Assembly (NCBI GenBank): GCA_963712745.1
Contig: CAVQJC010000020.1
Coordinates: 192,001 to 256,000, forward strand
Source: an uncultured Chloroflexia bacterium
GTDB taxonomy: Bacteria; Chloroflexota; Limnocylindria; Limnocylindrales; CSP1-4
Length of the DNA: 64,000 bases
Direction of reading: 5' to 3'
Position numbers and translations under genes: made by a program. Below, piece by piece: positions 37,489 through 48,158 of this stretch (the first letter of the stretch is position 1; the number at the start of each line of letters is the position of its first letter). The notes beneath the pieces are model-generated. The model was not told the DNA's origin. It did no database searches and saw only the letters and a program-made list of their open reading frames with translations.

Positions 37489-38393
37489 TCAGGCGGCGCC
37501 GGCCGCGGTCTCCTCGAGGTAGGCGGCGGCAGTAGCGCCACGGATGGCCTGCACGTCCTCCTCGTACTTGAGCACCACGCCCAGTGTGTCGTCGACCAGC
37601 TCGGGCGTGAGCCGGCCGGCCCCGAGGGCCAGCAGAGCTGCGGCCCAGTCGATGGTCTCGGCCACGCCCGGCACCTTGGTCAGCTCGCCGGCCCGCAGCC
37701 GCTGGACGAAGGCCACGATGGCCACGGCCAGCCGCTCGGGCGTGTCGGGCACGCGGGCCAGCACGATCTCGTACTCACGCTGGGCCGCGGGGTAGTCGAT
37801 CCAGTGGTAGAGGCAGCGGCGCTTGAGTGCGTCGTGGACCTCACGCGTGCGGTTGGAGGTCAGCACCACCCGGGGCGGCTGCTCGGCGCGCACGGTCCCG
37901 ATCTCGGGGATGGTCACCTGGAAGTCGGAGAGGATCTCCAGCAGGAAGGCCTCGAACTCCTCGTCGGCGCGGTCGATCTCGTCGATGAGCAGGACCGGCG
38001 GCTGCGCCGTCGGTCGCCTCGAGCGCCTGTAGCAGGGGGCGCTTGAGCAGGAACTCGCGGCGCGAAGATGTCGTGCGCGCGGGCGTCGTCGAGCTTGCCC
38101 TGGGCCTCGAGCAGCCGGATCTCCAGCATCTGGCGGGGATAGTTCCATTCGTAGACCGCGGTGTTGACGTCGAGGCCCTCGTAGCACTGCAGCCGGATGA
38201 GACGCGTGCCCAGCACCGCCGCGAGGACCTTGGCCAGCTCGGTCTTGCCCACGCCGGCTTCGCCCTCGAGCAGGAGCGGCCGGCCCAGGCGCAGGCCAAG
38301 GAAGACGGAGGTGACGAGCGCGCGGTCGGCGACGTAGTCGTGCTCCGTGAACGCGGCCTGCAGGCCGTCGATGGTGTCAGGGTGGTCGGGCAT
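37489..38393 (-). CDS. coxD: CoxD-like MoxR AAA+ ATPase (frameshifts near 38020-38060)
   Basis: Motifs LLEGEAGVGKTELA, RLQCYEGLD, YEWNY..Q, LLIDEIDRADEEFEAFLLE.LSDFQ, HDALKRRC. Confidence 0.9.
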
Positions 38394-38465
38394 GTGCCGA
38401 ATCTAGCGCGCCTGCGATTTGCTATCGTGCGCAGCGAACCCGACGCAGAACGCAAAGAGGAGCGC

Positions 38466-39223
38466 ATGAGCGAGCGATCCAGGAGCACCTGAGCCGCCCG
38501 AACCGCAGGACGAAGCCGTCCCCTCGCACGGGAAGCTGCGCCCGAGTCCGACGCCATCGTGCCCTACGGCGCTCGGCTCGACGAGATCGCCCAGGATCGT
38601 TTCGGCCGAACCGACTGGATCGAGCTGGCCGCCGCCGTCCTGCTGGCCCTGGCCACCATCGTCGCCGCCTGGTCGGCGTATCAGGCGACCCGCTGGGGTG
38701 GCGAGCAGGCCAAGGCGTCGCGGAGTGCGTTGTCAGCGAAGACCGACGCTGCCCAGCAGATGACCATCTTCGGGACACTCGCCCAGGTGGACGTCCAGTT
38801 GTGGACGCTCTGGCTTCAGCAGGAGGCTGACGAGAACGAAACGGGGGCCGCGTTCGTCGAGGAGCGCTTCCGCGACGAGTTCAAGCCTGCCTTCTACGCC
38901 TGGCTCGAGCTGTCGGCAGACGGCGAAGCGCCCGCCCGGGACCCCCTTCGACATGGCCGAGTACGCACCGGTCGCCGAGGCCGATGCGGCTCGTCTGAAC
39001 GCCGAGGCCGATGCGTTCGCCGAGACCTCAGCCAAGGCCAATCAGACCGGGCGACAACTTCGTGCTCGTCGCGGTGATCATGGCGTCGGTGCTGTTCTTT
39101 GCCGGCGTGGGCACGAAGCTCAAGGGCCGAGGCGTGCGCTTGATGATGCTCCTGTTCGCTGTCCTCCTGTTCCTCGGCGGCTTCTCGTTCATGCTGAGCA
39201 TGCCCCAGAACGTGGGCCTGTAG
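38466..39223 (+). CDS. Hypothetical membrane protein (several frameshifts)
   Basis: GAGGAG RBS before ATG 38466; TM segment ELAAAVLLALATIVAAWSAYQA; C-terminal TM pair DNFVLVAVIMASVLFFAG in shifted frames. Confidence 0.6.
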
Positions 39224-39241
39224 ACCCATGGAGATCGCCTG

Positions 39242-40399
39242 ATGGACGACTTCGGCTTCAACGAGATTATCTTCATCGGCGTGATCCTTTCGCGGCTGCT
39301 GGTGCCGCTGGCGATCATCCGCTTCCCGCTGCCCGCGATCGTCGCGTGCCTGATCATCGACGCGGTCGATCAGACCGTCTTCTCGGCCGTCGCGCCCGAG
39401 GCCGATCTGACCGGCTACCAGAACTACGACAAGGCGCTGGACATCTACTACCTGGTCATCGCCTACATCTCCACGCTGCGCAACTGGACCAACCGGTTCG
39501 CGCTCAGCGTGGCCCGCTTCCTGATCTACTACCGGCTCATCGGCGTGGCGCTCTTCGAGCTCACGGGCATCCGCGAGGTGTTGTTCATCTTCCCCAACAC
39601 GTTCGAGTACTTCTTCATCTTCTACGAGTCGGTGCGGCTGTTCTGGGACCCGCGCCGCATGAGCAACAAGCTCGTCGTCGGTGCCGCAGCCTTCATCTGG
39701 ATCTTCATCAAGCTGCCGCAGGAGTACTGGATCCACATCGCCCAGCTAGACCTCACGGATTTCGTGCAGGAGGACATCTTCGGCGTGGCCGCAGGCACAT
39801 CGTGGATCGACACCTTCGCGGCCAAGCCCTGGATCGTGGTCATCGCCGTGGTCGTCGTCGCCGCCTTGATCTACGCTGCCTACTGGATCATGAAGAACAA
39901 GCTTCCGCCGCGGGACCGTCCGCTCACCATCGACGCTGATGCCGAACCCGATCGCGAGGTCCCGGCCGAACGTCTCGATGCCGAGCGCGCACGCATGGCC
40001 CAGACATTCCTGCGCCCCGGCCTCTTCGAGAAGCTGGCCATGATCGGTCTCGTCTCGATCATCTTCGCCAAGGTCCTGGGGGTCGAGGCTGAGCCCCTGC
40101 AGTTGACCATCATCGTCTCGATCGTGGTCATCGCCAACGCCGGCCTGAGCACGCTGCTCGAGCGGCGCGGATTCGGCCCGACGGCAGCCCTGCGCCAGTT
40201 CGTCTTCACGGGCCTGCTGAACCTCGGCATCGTCGCGGTCCTCGGCCTCGTCTATCGGGTGGCCGGGACCCCCTTCGATCTCACGACCACGTTCTTCTAC
40301 CTGCTTGCTCATCACCTTGCTGGTGACGCTGTACGACCGCTACCGCCCCGAGTACGTGGCACGTTTCTCGCGAGGACGAGGAGCCGGGCGACCGCCTGA
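39242..40399 (+). CDS. Polytopic membrane protein with a CDP-alcohol-phosphotransferase-like Asp motif (C-terminal frameshift near 40305)
   Basis: About 10 hydrophobic segments; DAVD...DKALD; FPNTFEYFF. The natural C-terminus LITLLVTLYDRYRP lies in the next frame. Confidence 0.7.
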   Translation: MDDFGFNEIIFIGVILSRLLVPLAIIRFPLPAIVACLIIDAVDQTVFSAVAPEADLTGYQNYDKALDIYYLVIAYISTLRNWTNRFALSVARFLIYYRLIGVALFELTGIREVLFIFPNTFEYFFIFYESVRLFWDPRRMSNKLVVGAAAFIWIFIKLPQEYWIHIAQLDLTDFVQEDIFGVAAGTSWIDTFAAKPWIVVIAVVVVAALIYAAYWIMKNKLPPRDRPLTIDADAEPDREVPAERLDAERARMAQTFLRPGLFEKLAMIGLVSIIFAKVLGVEAEPLQLTIIVSIVVIANAGLSTLLERRGFGPTAALRQFVFTGLLNLGIVAVLGLVYRVAGTPFDLTTTFFYLLAHHLAGDAVRPLPPRVRGTFLARTRSRATA

Positions 40400-40427
40400 A
40401 GCTCCGGCCCCTGCCACAATCGATGGC

Positions 40428-41427
40428 GTGACCGACCCAAAGTCGACCCAGGGCAACCGGAACCGACTGAACAGGCTCCGCCGCCTGACCAGGCCGAGCC
40501 GCCCGAAGAAGGGCCGCCTCAAGCGGATGCTGCTGCCCATCCTCATGCGCTACTCGCTGTTCCGGCGCGGCATCGGCATCCAGGTCGTCTACCGCAGCAC
40601 CGGCGGCGGGCTCATCGTCGGCGGGCTCGCCTACGCCGCGCTCTTCGCGCTCATCCCCACCATCATCCTGGTCATCGCCGGCGTCTTCCTGCTCATCGAC
40701 GACCCACAGTTCCGACAGGAAGCGATCGACCTCGTCAACCGGGCGTTCCCGGCGTTCTCGGGCTTCACCGACACGGCCATCGAAGGCGCCCGGGACTTCG
40801 CCACGGCCGGTGGCCTCATCGCCCTCATCGGCTTCGCCTGGGGCGCCAGCGGTCTGTACCTCAACCTCACCCGTGCCATGGAGCGCTTCTTCCCCGGGGA
40901 GCGGGTCAGCGGCGCTCTGGCACGTGTGCTGGGCGTGCTGCTGGTCGTGCTCGTCATCGTGGGCGTGCTCGCGGCGGTGTTCGTGGCCGGCGTCCTGACC
41001 GTCGTCGCACAGTCGCTCGATCTCGACGCCGAATGGCTCATCTCGGTCATCGGCGCGATCGCTCACGCTGGCCCTCGCCACCGGCCTCGTCTACGGCATC
41101 TATCGGGTCATGCCGGCCAACCCGCCCAGCGCTCACAGCGCTCGGCTGCCCGCCGTCCTGGTCGGCATCGTCATCGCGCTCATGACACTGCTCTACAGCG
41201 TCATCTCACCGTGGCTGGTCTCGGGCTTCCAGGCGTTCGGCGTGATGGCCTCGGTGTTCGTGGCGCTGGTCTGGCTGCGCTTTGTCTTCCTGGCCATGGT
41301 CTACGGCGCGGCGATGACCCGATATCGGGACTTCGTGGCCGCCGCGACCGTCATGGGCGAAGCCGAGCCGGATGCCTTCGCGACCGGCTACGCGCTGGCC
41401 GAGGAGTTGGAGCGTGGCGCCGCGTGA
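40428..41427 (+). CDS. YihY/virulence factor BrkB family membrane protein (frameshift near 41060)
   Basis: Motifs [17 protein letters not shown].....L..AM, YRVMP, AFG...SVFVALVWL......VYGA. Confidence 0.8.
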
Positions 41428-41450
41428 GCTCGCGAGTGGCGCGCGAGCTC
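41426..41450. terminator. Hairpin between convergent yihY and mfd
   Basis: Perfect inverted repeat GAGCTCGCG-N7-CGCGAGCTC; no U-tract. Confidence 0.4.
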
Positions 41451-41503
41451 GAACGACGCAAGGCGGCCAGGCTCCGCCGGCGAGACGCGCCGCGGCAACG
41501 GGT

Positions 41504-44500
41504 TCAGACGAGGCCGGCTAGACCATCGTTCGCGGCGTCGGCCAGCCGATCGACGATCGCCCGGGTCAGCCGCCAAACACGGTCCGCATCGGCTGGGAGG
41601 GCGCACGCGAACCTGGTTGGAGGCGTACCTGACGCGGCCCTGCAGCGCCCGCAGCGGGTCATCGACCGATCGCGGCGCGAGCGCGCGCATGGTGTCGGCG
41701 CGCGACCAGTCGGGACCGAAGCGGAACACCAGCTGCCCATCCTCACGGGAGACCTGTGACAGGCCGGCCTCTTCGGCGCGGTAGCGCAGCCGCGAGACCT
41801 CCAGCAGCCGCTCGACCGGCGGCGGCAGCGCGCCGTAGCGGTCGAGCAGCTCGGCGCGGATCTCTTCGAGTCCGTCGTCGCTGACCGACCCGGCCCAGAC
41901 GCCGGTACAGCTCCAGCTTCTGGGGCTCCTCGGGCACGTAGTCGTCGGGCAGGTAGGCGTCGACGGGCAGGTCGATCTTGGCCTGCGTCCGGGCCGTGCG
42001 CGGCTCGCGACCCTCGAGTGCCGCCTTCTCCTCCTCGACCGCGTCGGCCAGCATGCGCGTGTAGAGGTCGAAGCCGACCGCCGCCATGTGACCGTGCTGC
42101 TCGCCCCGAGGATGTTGCCGGCGCCACGGATCTCGAGGTCGGAGAGCGCGATCTGGAAGCCCGCGCCCAGCTCGGAGGCGTTGAAGATGGCCTGCCAGGC
42201 GCTTGCGTGCGATGTCGGACTGAGCGCGGCCTTGCGCCGGTAGAGCAGGTAGGCGTAGGCCCGCCGTGACGAGCGGCCCACCCGACCGCGCAGCTGGTAG
42301 AGCTGGGCCAGGCCGAGGGCGTCGGCCCGGTCGATGACGATGGTGTTGGCGTTGGGGATGTCGAGGCCCGACTCGATGATGGTGGTGGACACGAGCACGT
42401 CGTAGCTCGCCGGCCGCGAAGGCGAGCATGACCTGCTCCAGCGCACCCTCCGGCATCTGCCCGTGGCCGACCACGATGCGCGCAGCTGGGCAGCAGTCGC
42501 CGCAGCTGCTCGGCCTGGGCCTCGATGGTCTCGACGCGGTTGTGCACGTAGAAGACCTGGCCGCCGCGGTCGAGCTCGCGCAGGATGGCGTCTCGCACCA
42601 GCCCGGCCGAAGCCTCGGCCACCCGCGTCTGGATGGGCAGCCGGTCCTCCGGCGGCGTCTCGATGACGCTCATGTCGCGCACGCCCACGAGCGCCAGGTT
42701 GAGCGTGCGCGGGATGGGCGTGGCCGAGAGCGTGAGCACGTGCACCTCGGTCTTGAGCTGCTTGAGGCGCTCCTTGTGGGTCACGCCGAAGCGCTGCTCC
42801 TCGTCGACCACGACCAGGCCGAGGTCCTTGAAGTGGATGTCCTTGCTAGAGCAGCCGGTGGGTGCCGATGACGATGTCGACGGTGCCGGCCTCCAGCCCC
42901 GCCAGCGTGTCCTGCTGCTGCCGCTTGGACACGAAACGGCTGAGCGAGCGCACCGTCACGGGATACGCCGCGAAACGCTGCTGGAACGTGACCAGGTGCT
43001 GGGCCGCCAGCACGGTCGTGGGCACCAGCACCGCCACCTGCGTGCCGGCCCCGATGGCCTTGAAGGCCGCCCGCATCGCGACCTCGGTCTTGCCGTAGCC
43101 CACGTCGCCCACGACCAGCCGGTCCATGGGCGTGTCGCGCTCCAGGTCGGCCTTGACGTCGACTGCCGGCGCGTAGCTGGTCGGGTGTCTCCTCGTAGGG
43201 GAAGGCGGCCTCCATCTCCGCCTGCCAGGGCGTGTCCTCGCCGAACGTGCGGCCCCGCGCCTTGGCGCGCTCCGCGTACAGCCGCAGCAGGTCGCGGGCC
43301 AGGTCGCCGACCGCCTTCCTGACCCGAGTCCGGGCGCGCTGCCACTCGCCGCCGCCCAGCCTGGAGAGCTGCGGGATGGTCACCGCCCGCGTAGCGTGAG
43401 ACCCGCTCGATCTGCTCGACCGGGACCCAGATGCGTCCCCGTTCGGCGAAGTGCAGCTCGAGGTAAGTCGCGCTCTTCGGAGCCCTTGCCCGCGGCCGGT
43501 CGGCGCACCAGGCCCTCGTAGCGGGCGACGCCGTGGTCGACATGCACGACGACGTCGCCTGGCTTCGAGCCGCTCGAGCAGGTCACGGGGCACGACCCGA
43601 CGCATGGCCCGCGGGCGGCGCACCCGCACGCTGCCGAAGAGCTCTCGATCGGTGACGAACTCGAGCCGCTCAGGGCCGCCGCTGAAGCCGCCGTTGAGGC
43701 TACGTTCGATGAGCGCCAGCCCACCGGAGGGCACCGGCTCATGCAGGTCGGGCAAGGGCGGGGCAACCTGGCCATCCTCCTCCAGGATCTCGGCCAGGCG
43801 AGCCGACTGGTCCGAGGCCAGCACCACCCGCTCACCCTCGGCACGCCAGCGACGCACGGTGGCGGCCAGGTCGCCGATGCGGGCCGGCGGCAGGACCGGT
43901 TCGTGCCAGCCGAACGGGTTGCCACCCGGAGGGGCGCCATCGGCCTCCGGTTCCCAGGTCAGCTCGAGCGTGTGCGCCTCGTGGAGCGCGGTCTTCCACT
44001 CGCGCGGCGTGGGGTAGGCCGTGGCCCAGCGCGCCGGGATCTCGCCTGCGCGCTCCAGCTCCGCCCGTCGGTCGTCCGCCTGTGACTGCAGGAAGTCCCG
44101 CCACGGTCGCGACCTCAGCGGGCTCGTCGATGAGCCAGATCGACCGACCGAGGTGATCGATGGCGGTGTGCGGGGCGAGGTAGCCACCCCACAGCTCCGC
44201 AGCGTCACCGAGCGTGCCGCTGTCGAAGCGCGCGAGGTCTTCCTGCAGTGCATCGGGCAGGCGTTCCACCGTGCGCCTCATCCGCTCCACCAGGATGTCG
44301 CGTACATCCGGGCCGAGCAGGAACTCCGAGGCGGGAAGCAGGGCCGCCGACCCCAACGGCCCCGCGCCGCGCTGGTCGGCTGGGTCGAAGGCGCGCAGCG
44401 AATCGACCTCGTCACCGAACCACTCGATGCGTACGGGCAGCGGCTGGCCTGCCGGGAACACGTCGACGATGCCGCCGCGCCGGGCGAACTCACCGCGGCC

Positions 44501-45127
44501 TCCGACCTCGGGCACGTGCTCGTAGCCCAGCTTCACGAGCGCGCCGACCACGCGGTCCATGGCCAGACGCGCGCCCTTGGTCACGGTCATCGGGTCGGCG
44601 GGGATGTCGGCCGGCCCGAGCGTTCGCTGGAAGAGCGCCTGCAGGCTGGCCACGAGGATGCGAGCAGGCCCTGCCTGTTCGGACCAGACCGCCAGCGCTG
44701 CCACGCGTGCGGCCGACTCGTCGCGCACCAGCTCGGAGCGCTCGAAGGCCAGAGCCGTCCGCGGCTCCAGCGTGACCACATGCTCAGCGCTACCGAGCCA
44801 GGCGGCCAGCTCCTCCGCCACGCGGTCGGCGATCTCCGCATCGCGTGCGATCCACACCAGCCGTTCGCCGGACGCCTCCGCCAGCGCGGCCGCGAGATAG
44901 GTCTTGGCTCCGTGGGGCATGCCCGCGTAGGTGACGTGCCGCAGCTCCTGGCCGACGCGTCCGCCGGCCGCGTTCGCGTAGCGTTCGACAAGGGAGCGCA
45001 GTTCTCCGGTCTGCGCGAGCACGCTGGTCAGCGGGGAGAGATCGGGGATCCGGTGGCGCGCAGGCCTTGGCGTAGCGTCGTCGTCGCGCCCCCGGCGCAG
45101 GCGCGAGCGCCGGATGGCGTCGGTCAC
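41504..45127 (-). CDS. mfd: Transcription-repair coupling factor (multiple frameshifts)
   Basis: Fragments in successive frames: [14 protein letters not shown]; [16 protein letters not shown]; FPYEETPDQ; [16 protein letters not shown]; [11 protein letters not shown]; [10 protein letters not shown]; [15 protein letters not shown]; DLEIRGAGN; TRCF domain. Confidence 0.93.
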
Positions 45128-45907
45128 GCCTCGTCCCGGTGACGTCCGCCAAGGATGCCCGGCAGGAGCTTGCGCCAGCCGGTCTGGGTGCGCACCACGC
45201 CTGCGGCGTCCGGCTCGGGCCTCTCCGGCTCGAGCGCCTCCGGCTGGGGCCCCTCGGGCTCGGGTCTCTCTGCTGCAGCTGCGTCAGGCCGTGGCCATCG
45301 CTCGCCTGGCGCGGCAGGCGCGTCCTCTGCGGCCAGGTCCGGCTTCCAGCCGTTCCACTCGTTGGCCACCACCTCGGGTCCCGAGCTGGCCCAGAGTCCG
45401 ACGGCATCGGCTGCAGCATCGAGGATCATGTCCAGGTGTCTCTGCTCGGCGTGCTCGAAGTCGCCGAGCACGTGCTGCACGGCGCCACCCTTGCCCGCGC
45501 CGATGCCGACCCGGAGGCGGGCGAAAGACTCGGTGCCCAGCTCGCCGATGATCGACCGCAACCCGTTGTGGCCGCCGGCGCTGCCCCTGGCCTTCATGCG
45601 CAGCCGGCCGAAGGGCAGGTCCATGTCGTCCACCACGACGAGGACCGTCCTTGAGCGGAACACGCTCGCGCGCCAGCACCTTGCGCATGGCTTCTCCAGA
45701 CGCGTTCATATAGGTCATGGGCTTGACCAGGATGAGCTCATCGTCGCCGAGCCGGCCGCGCGCCGTGGCCGCAGCGTCCTTGGTCTTGGCTCGACCGGAC
45801 GCGCCATGCCGGTCGGCCAGCCGGTCAAGCACCATCCAGCCGATGTTGTGGCGTGTCTTCTCGTAGCGCGAACCCGGGTTCCCCAGGCCCACCACGACCT
45901 TCTTCAC
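45124..45907 (-). CDS. pth: Peptidyl-tRNA hydrolase (frameshift near 45652) with a C-terminal extension
   Basis: Motifs VGLGNPG..Y..TRHNIG, KPMTYMN.SG, DDMDLPFG, GSAGGHNGLRSI, RLRVGIG. Confidence 0.93.
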
Positions 45908-45996
45908 GACGTTCCTGGTCTCCAGCGGGCATGCCGACCGGCCGCCTCCCGACCTCCGCGGGGCGCGGCCACAGGGGCGATGGTACTAGGCGGGGG

Positions 45997-46753
45997 TCAG
46001 CGAGCGCCGGCGGGAGCCCTGGAACCGTTGTCGCCGCCTGAACCCTGGGCCGAGCCGGCGTCAGTCCCGCCCGCCGTCGCAGCCTTCGTCACCCGTCGCT
46101 CAGCCATCGCGAGCACGACCCGGTAGGTGAACAGGAAGGCGACGACGGCGCTCATCACGACGTAGCCCAGGAAGACCCACGGGGCCTGCGTGTCCGAGCC
46201 GGCCATCAGGCCATGGGCGGTGGCGCCGAGGAAGACCAGGAACGAGAGGTAGTGCAGACGACGCCACCTTGGCTGGCCGATGCGCTTTCGCACGTAGAAG
46301 CTGAAGAGCACCACTATCGTGAGCCCGAGCGTGATCTGCCCGATCCCTACCCACAGCGGACGGTAGGGGCCACTGAAAGGCACGACGATCTCGAGCGGGC
46401 TGTAGGGCACGCTTCGATCGATCATCAGCACCGCCGCGTGGACCAGCGCCAGGGCCAGGCCGATAGACGAGAGATCCTGGTGCAGCGTGTACGAGACCAC
46501 GCGGTGGGTGATGCGGTCGAGGAGCTTGGTCGAGAGCAGCAAGCCGTAGACGACCGAGCCCGTAAGTGCCAGGTAGGAGAGCAGGGCGCTCGTGCGCGTG
46601 ACGTACCACGGGACCCTGTCGTACTCCTCGGCCAGCCAGCGCGAGACGGTCTCGGCAGCCGTGCCTCCGGTGCCGGCCACGACGATGGCGATGAGCAGCC
46701 AGGAACAGGGCCCAGCGGAGCCAGCGCGTGCGTGGATGCAGGCCCTCGTACAT
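45997..46753 (-). CDS. Ferric reductase-like transmembrane (heme b) protein (frameshift near 46690)
   Basis: Motifs WYVTRTS, LHQDLS, LVH, PF..PYRPLWVG.GQ, WRRLHYLSF, AHGL..GSD (four heme-ligand histidines). Confidence 0.85.
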
Positions 46754-47700
46754 CAGCGCAGCCAGCCTTCCGAGCCGGAGAGCGCGATGCACTCGCCGCT
46801 GCGAAGCAGCAGTACTGCTGCGGCCGCACCGGCCCCCGCGAGCAGGCGCAGTCCGTCCTCGGAACCGGCGATGACGGCGGCCTTGGCCAACGCCTCCGCG
46901 GTGAGCGCGTCAGAGGCGACGACGGTGGCCTGGACCAGGTCCGTCTCGGCCGGGGCAGAGGTGCGCGGATCGATGAGGTGGTGGGCCCAGCCGGTGGTGT
47001 GCTCCCAGCGGTGCACGGTCGTCCCCGAGGTGGCGATGCCGACCGTGCGCGCCATGCCCTGCGGTGCGGCCAGGACGGCCAGGTCCTCCCCGGCGCGACG
47101 CGGGTCTGCGATGGCCACGGCCCAGTCGGTGCCTTGCCCGCAGCGCAGCGCGACGTCGCCGTCGGCATCGACCATGGCTGCCGGGTAGCGCTCCAGTAGG
47201 GCCAGCGCACGGTCGGCGATCCAGCCCTTGCCCACGCCATCGGGATCGAACTCCACTTGACCTTCCCGCCGGACCCGGCCTCGCCGCCGAGCGCGATCGA
47301 GCCACCAGCGGCTGCCGGCCGTTTCGAACGTCCCCCCGTGCTCGGCGGCGAGACGGGACCCCAGCAGGGTCACGTCCACCAGGCCGTTCGTCAGCTCGCC
47401 CACGGCCTGTGCACGCATCAGCAGATCAAGGATGGTCGGCCCGACCATGGAGGTCGCCTCCCCCGCGTCTCGGTTCAGGGCGGACAGCTCCGAGCGCTGA
47501 TCGAAGCGGGTGATGCGCGAGGCCCAGCGCTCGATGCGCCGGGCCGCGAGTCGCAGGTCGCGGTCGGCGGCTTCCTCGGCACCGGCGGGTACGGTCACAC
47601 GCAGCAGGACCGATCCACCCATGGCCTCGAACCTGTAGGTCCGGTCCACGAGCGTCTGCCCGCGGAGGGTGGGCTGGGCCGGAACCGCGAGCGCGTTCAC
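46753..47700 (-). CDS. apbE: FAD:protein FMN transferase (ApbE family)
   Basis: Motifs F.AMG, TRF...SELS.LN, D..GVGKGW.AD, GD, ATSG, HHLIDPRT. Confidence 0.9.
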   Translation of the reverse strand: MNALAVPAQPTLRGQTLVDRTYRFEAMGGSVLLRVTVPAGAEEAADRDLRLAARRIERWASRITRFDQRSELSALNRDAGEATSMVGPTILDLLMRAQAVGELTNGLVDVTLLGSRLAAEHGGTFETAGSRWWLDRARRRGRVRREGQVEFDPDGVGKGWIADRALALLERYPAAMVDADGDVALRCGQGTDWAVAIADPRRAGEDLAVLAAPQGMARTVGIATSGTTVHRWEHTTGWAHHLIDPRTSAPAETDLVQATVVASDALTAEALAKAAVIAGSEDGLRLLAGAGAAAAVLLLRSGECIALSGSEGWLR

Positions 47701-48158
47701 CCGGACTGCCTCGTCCTGGTCACGACTTTCACCCTGGTCCTCTGCGCCGCCGCCGGTGCCGGTGCCGGTGCCGTGCGACGCACCACGATGCGCGGAGTGG
47801 GGGCAGCTTCGCGGATGACCTTGGCGCCCTTGGGCGCCTTCTGGCCGGGCTTCAGGCGCACGTACTTGACAGCACGCTTGGTCCTGGCCCTGGCCTTGCT
47901 GGCCTTGGCATCAGACGAGCGCACGCCCCTCGAGCCGGCGTCGGCCTCACCGGCTCCGTTGCCGGAGGTGGTCGCGACCACGTCGTCGGACGCTACCGGG
48001 AAACGGACCAGCCCGGAACCGATGACGGTCAGCGCCGCGATGGCGCCGGCACCGACCATCAGGCGGGCCGGACGCGTCGAAGGGCGGGGCCGGGCGGGGC
48101 GCGTCCTGGACGTCTCCGCGCGTGAGTCAGCAGGCCCTGGGCCCCCGGTGCCGGCCAT
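47697..48158 (-). CDS. Small single-TM basic protein ending in TRTRQSG
   Basis: The ATG at 48158 overlaps the upstream TGA, and the stop overlaps the apbE GTG. One hydrophobic helix, LMVGAGAIAALTVIGSGLV. Confidence 0.7.
   Translation of the reverse strand: MAGTGGPGPADSRAETSRTRPARPRPSTRPARLMVGAGAIAALTVIGSGLVRFPVASDDVVATTSGNGAGEADAGSRGVRSSDAKASKARARTKRAVKYVRLKPGQKAPKGAKVIREAAPTPRIVVRRTAPAPAPAAAQRTRVKVVTRTRQSG

Noticed and set aside
38466-38558. In-frame TGA at 38490 suggesting selenocysteine or readthrough
   Set aside because: An alternative frame reads naturally (SDPGAPEPPEPQDEAVP), which points to compensating indels in an error-rich region. There is no SECIS-like hairpin or redox motif.
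40305-41759. Possible fusion of the 39242 membrane protein with YihY
   Set aside because: yihY has its own CACAAT-N7-GTG start, and the upstream frame has a stop at 40399. Indel errors explain the apparent continuity.
47751-47772. (GCCGGT)n tandem repeat
   Set aside because: It encodes a Pro-Ala linker within a CDS and is not an array or mobile element.
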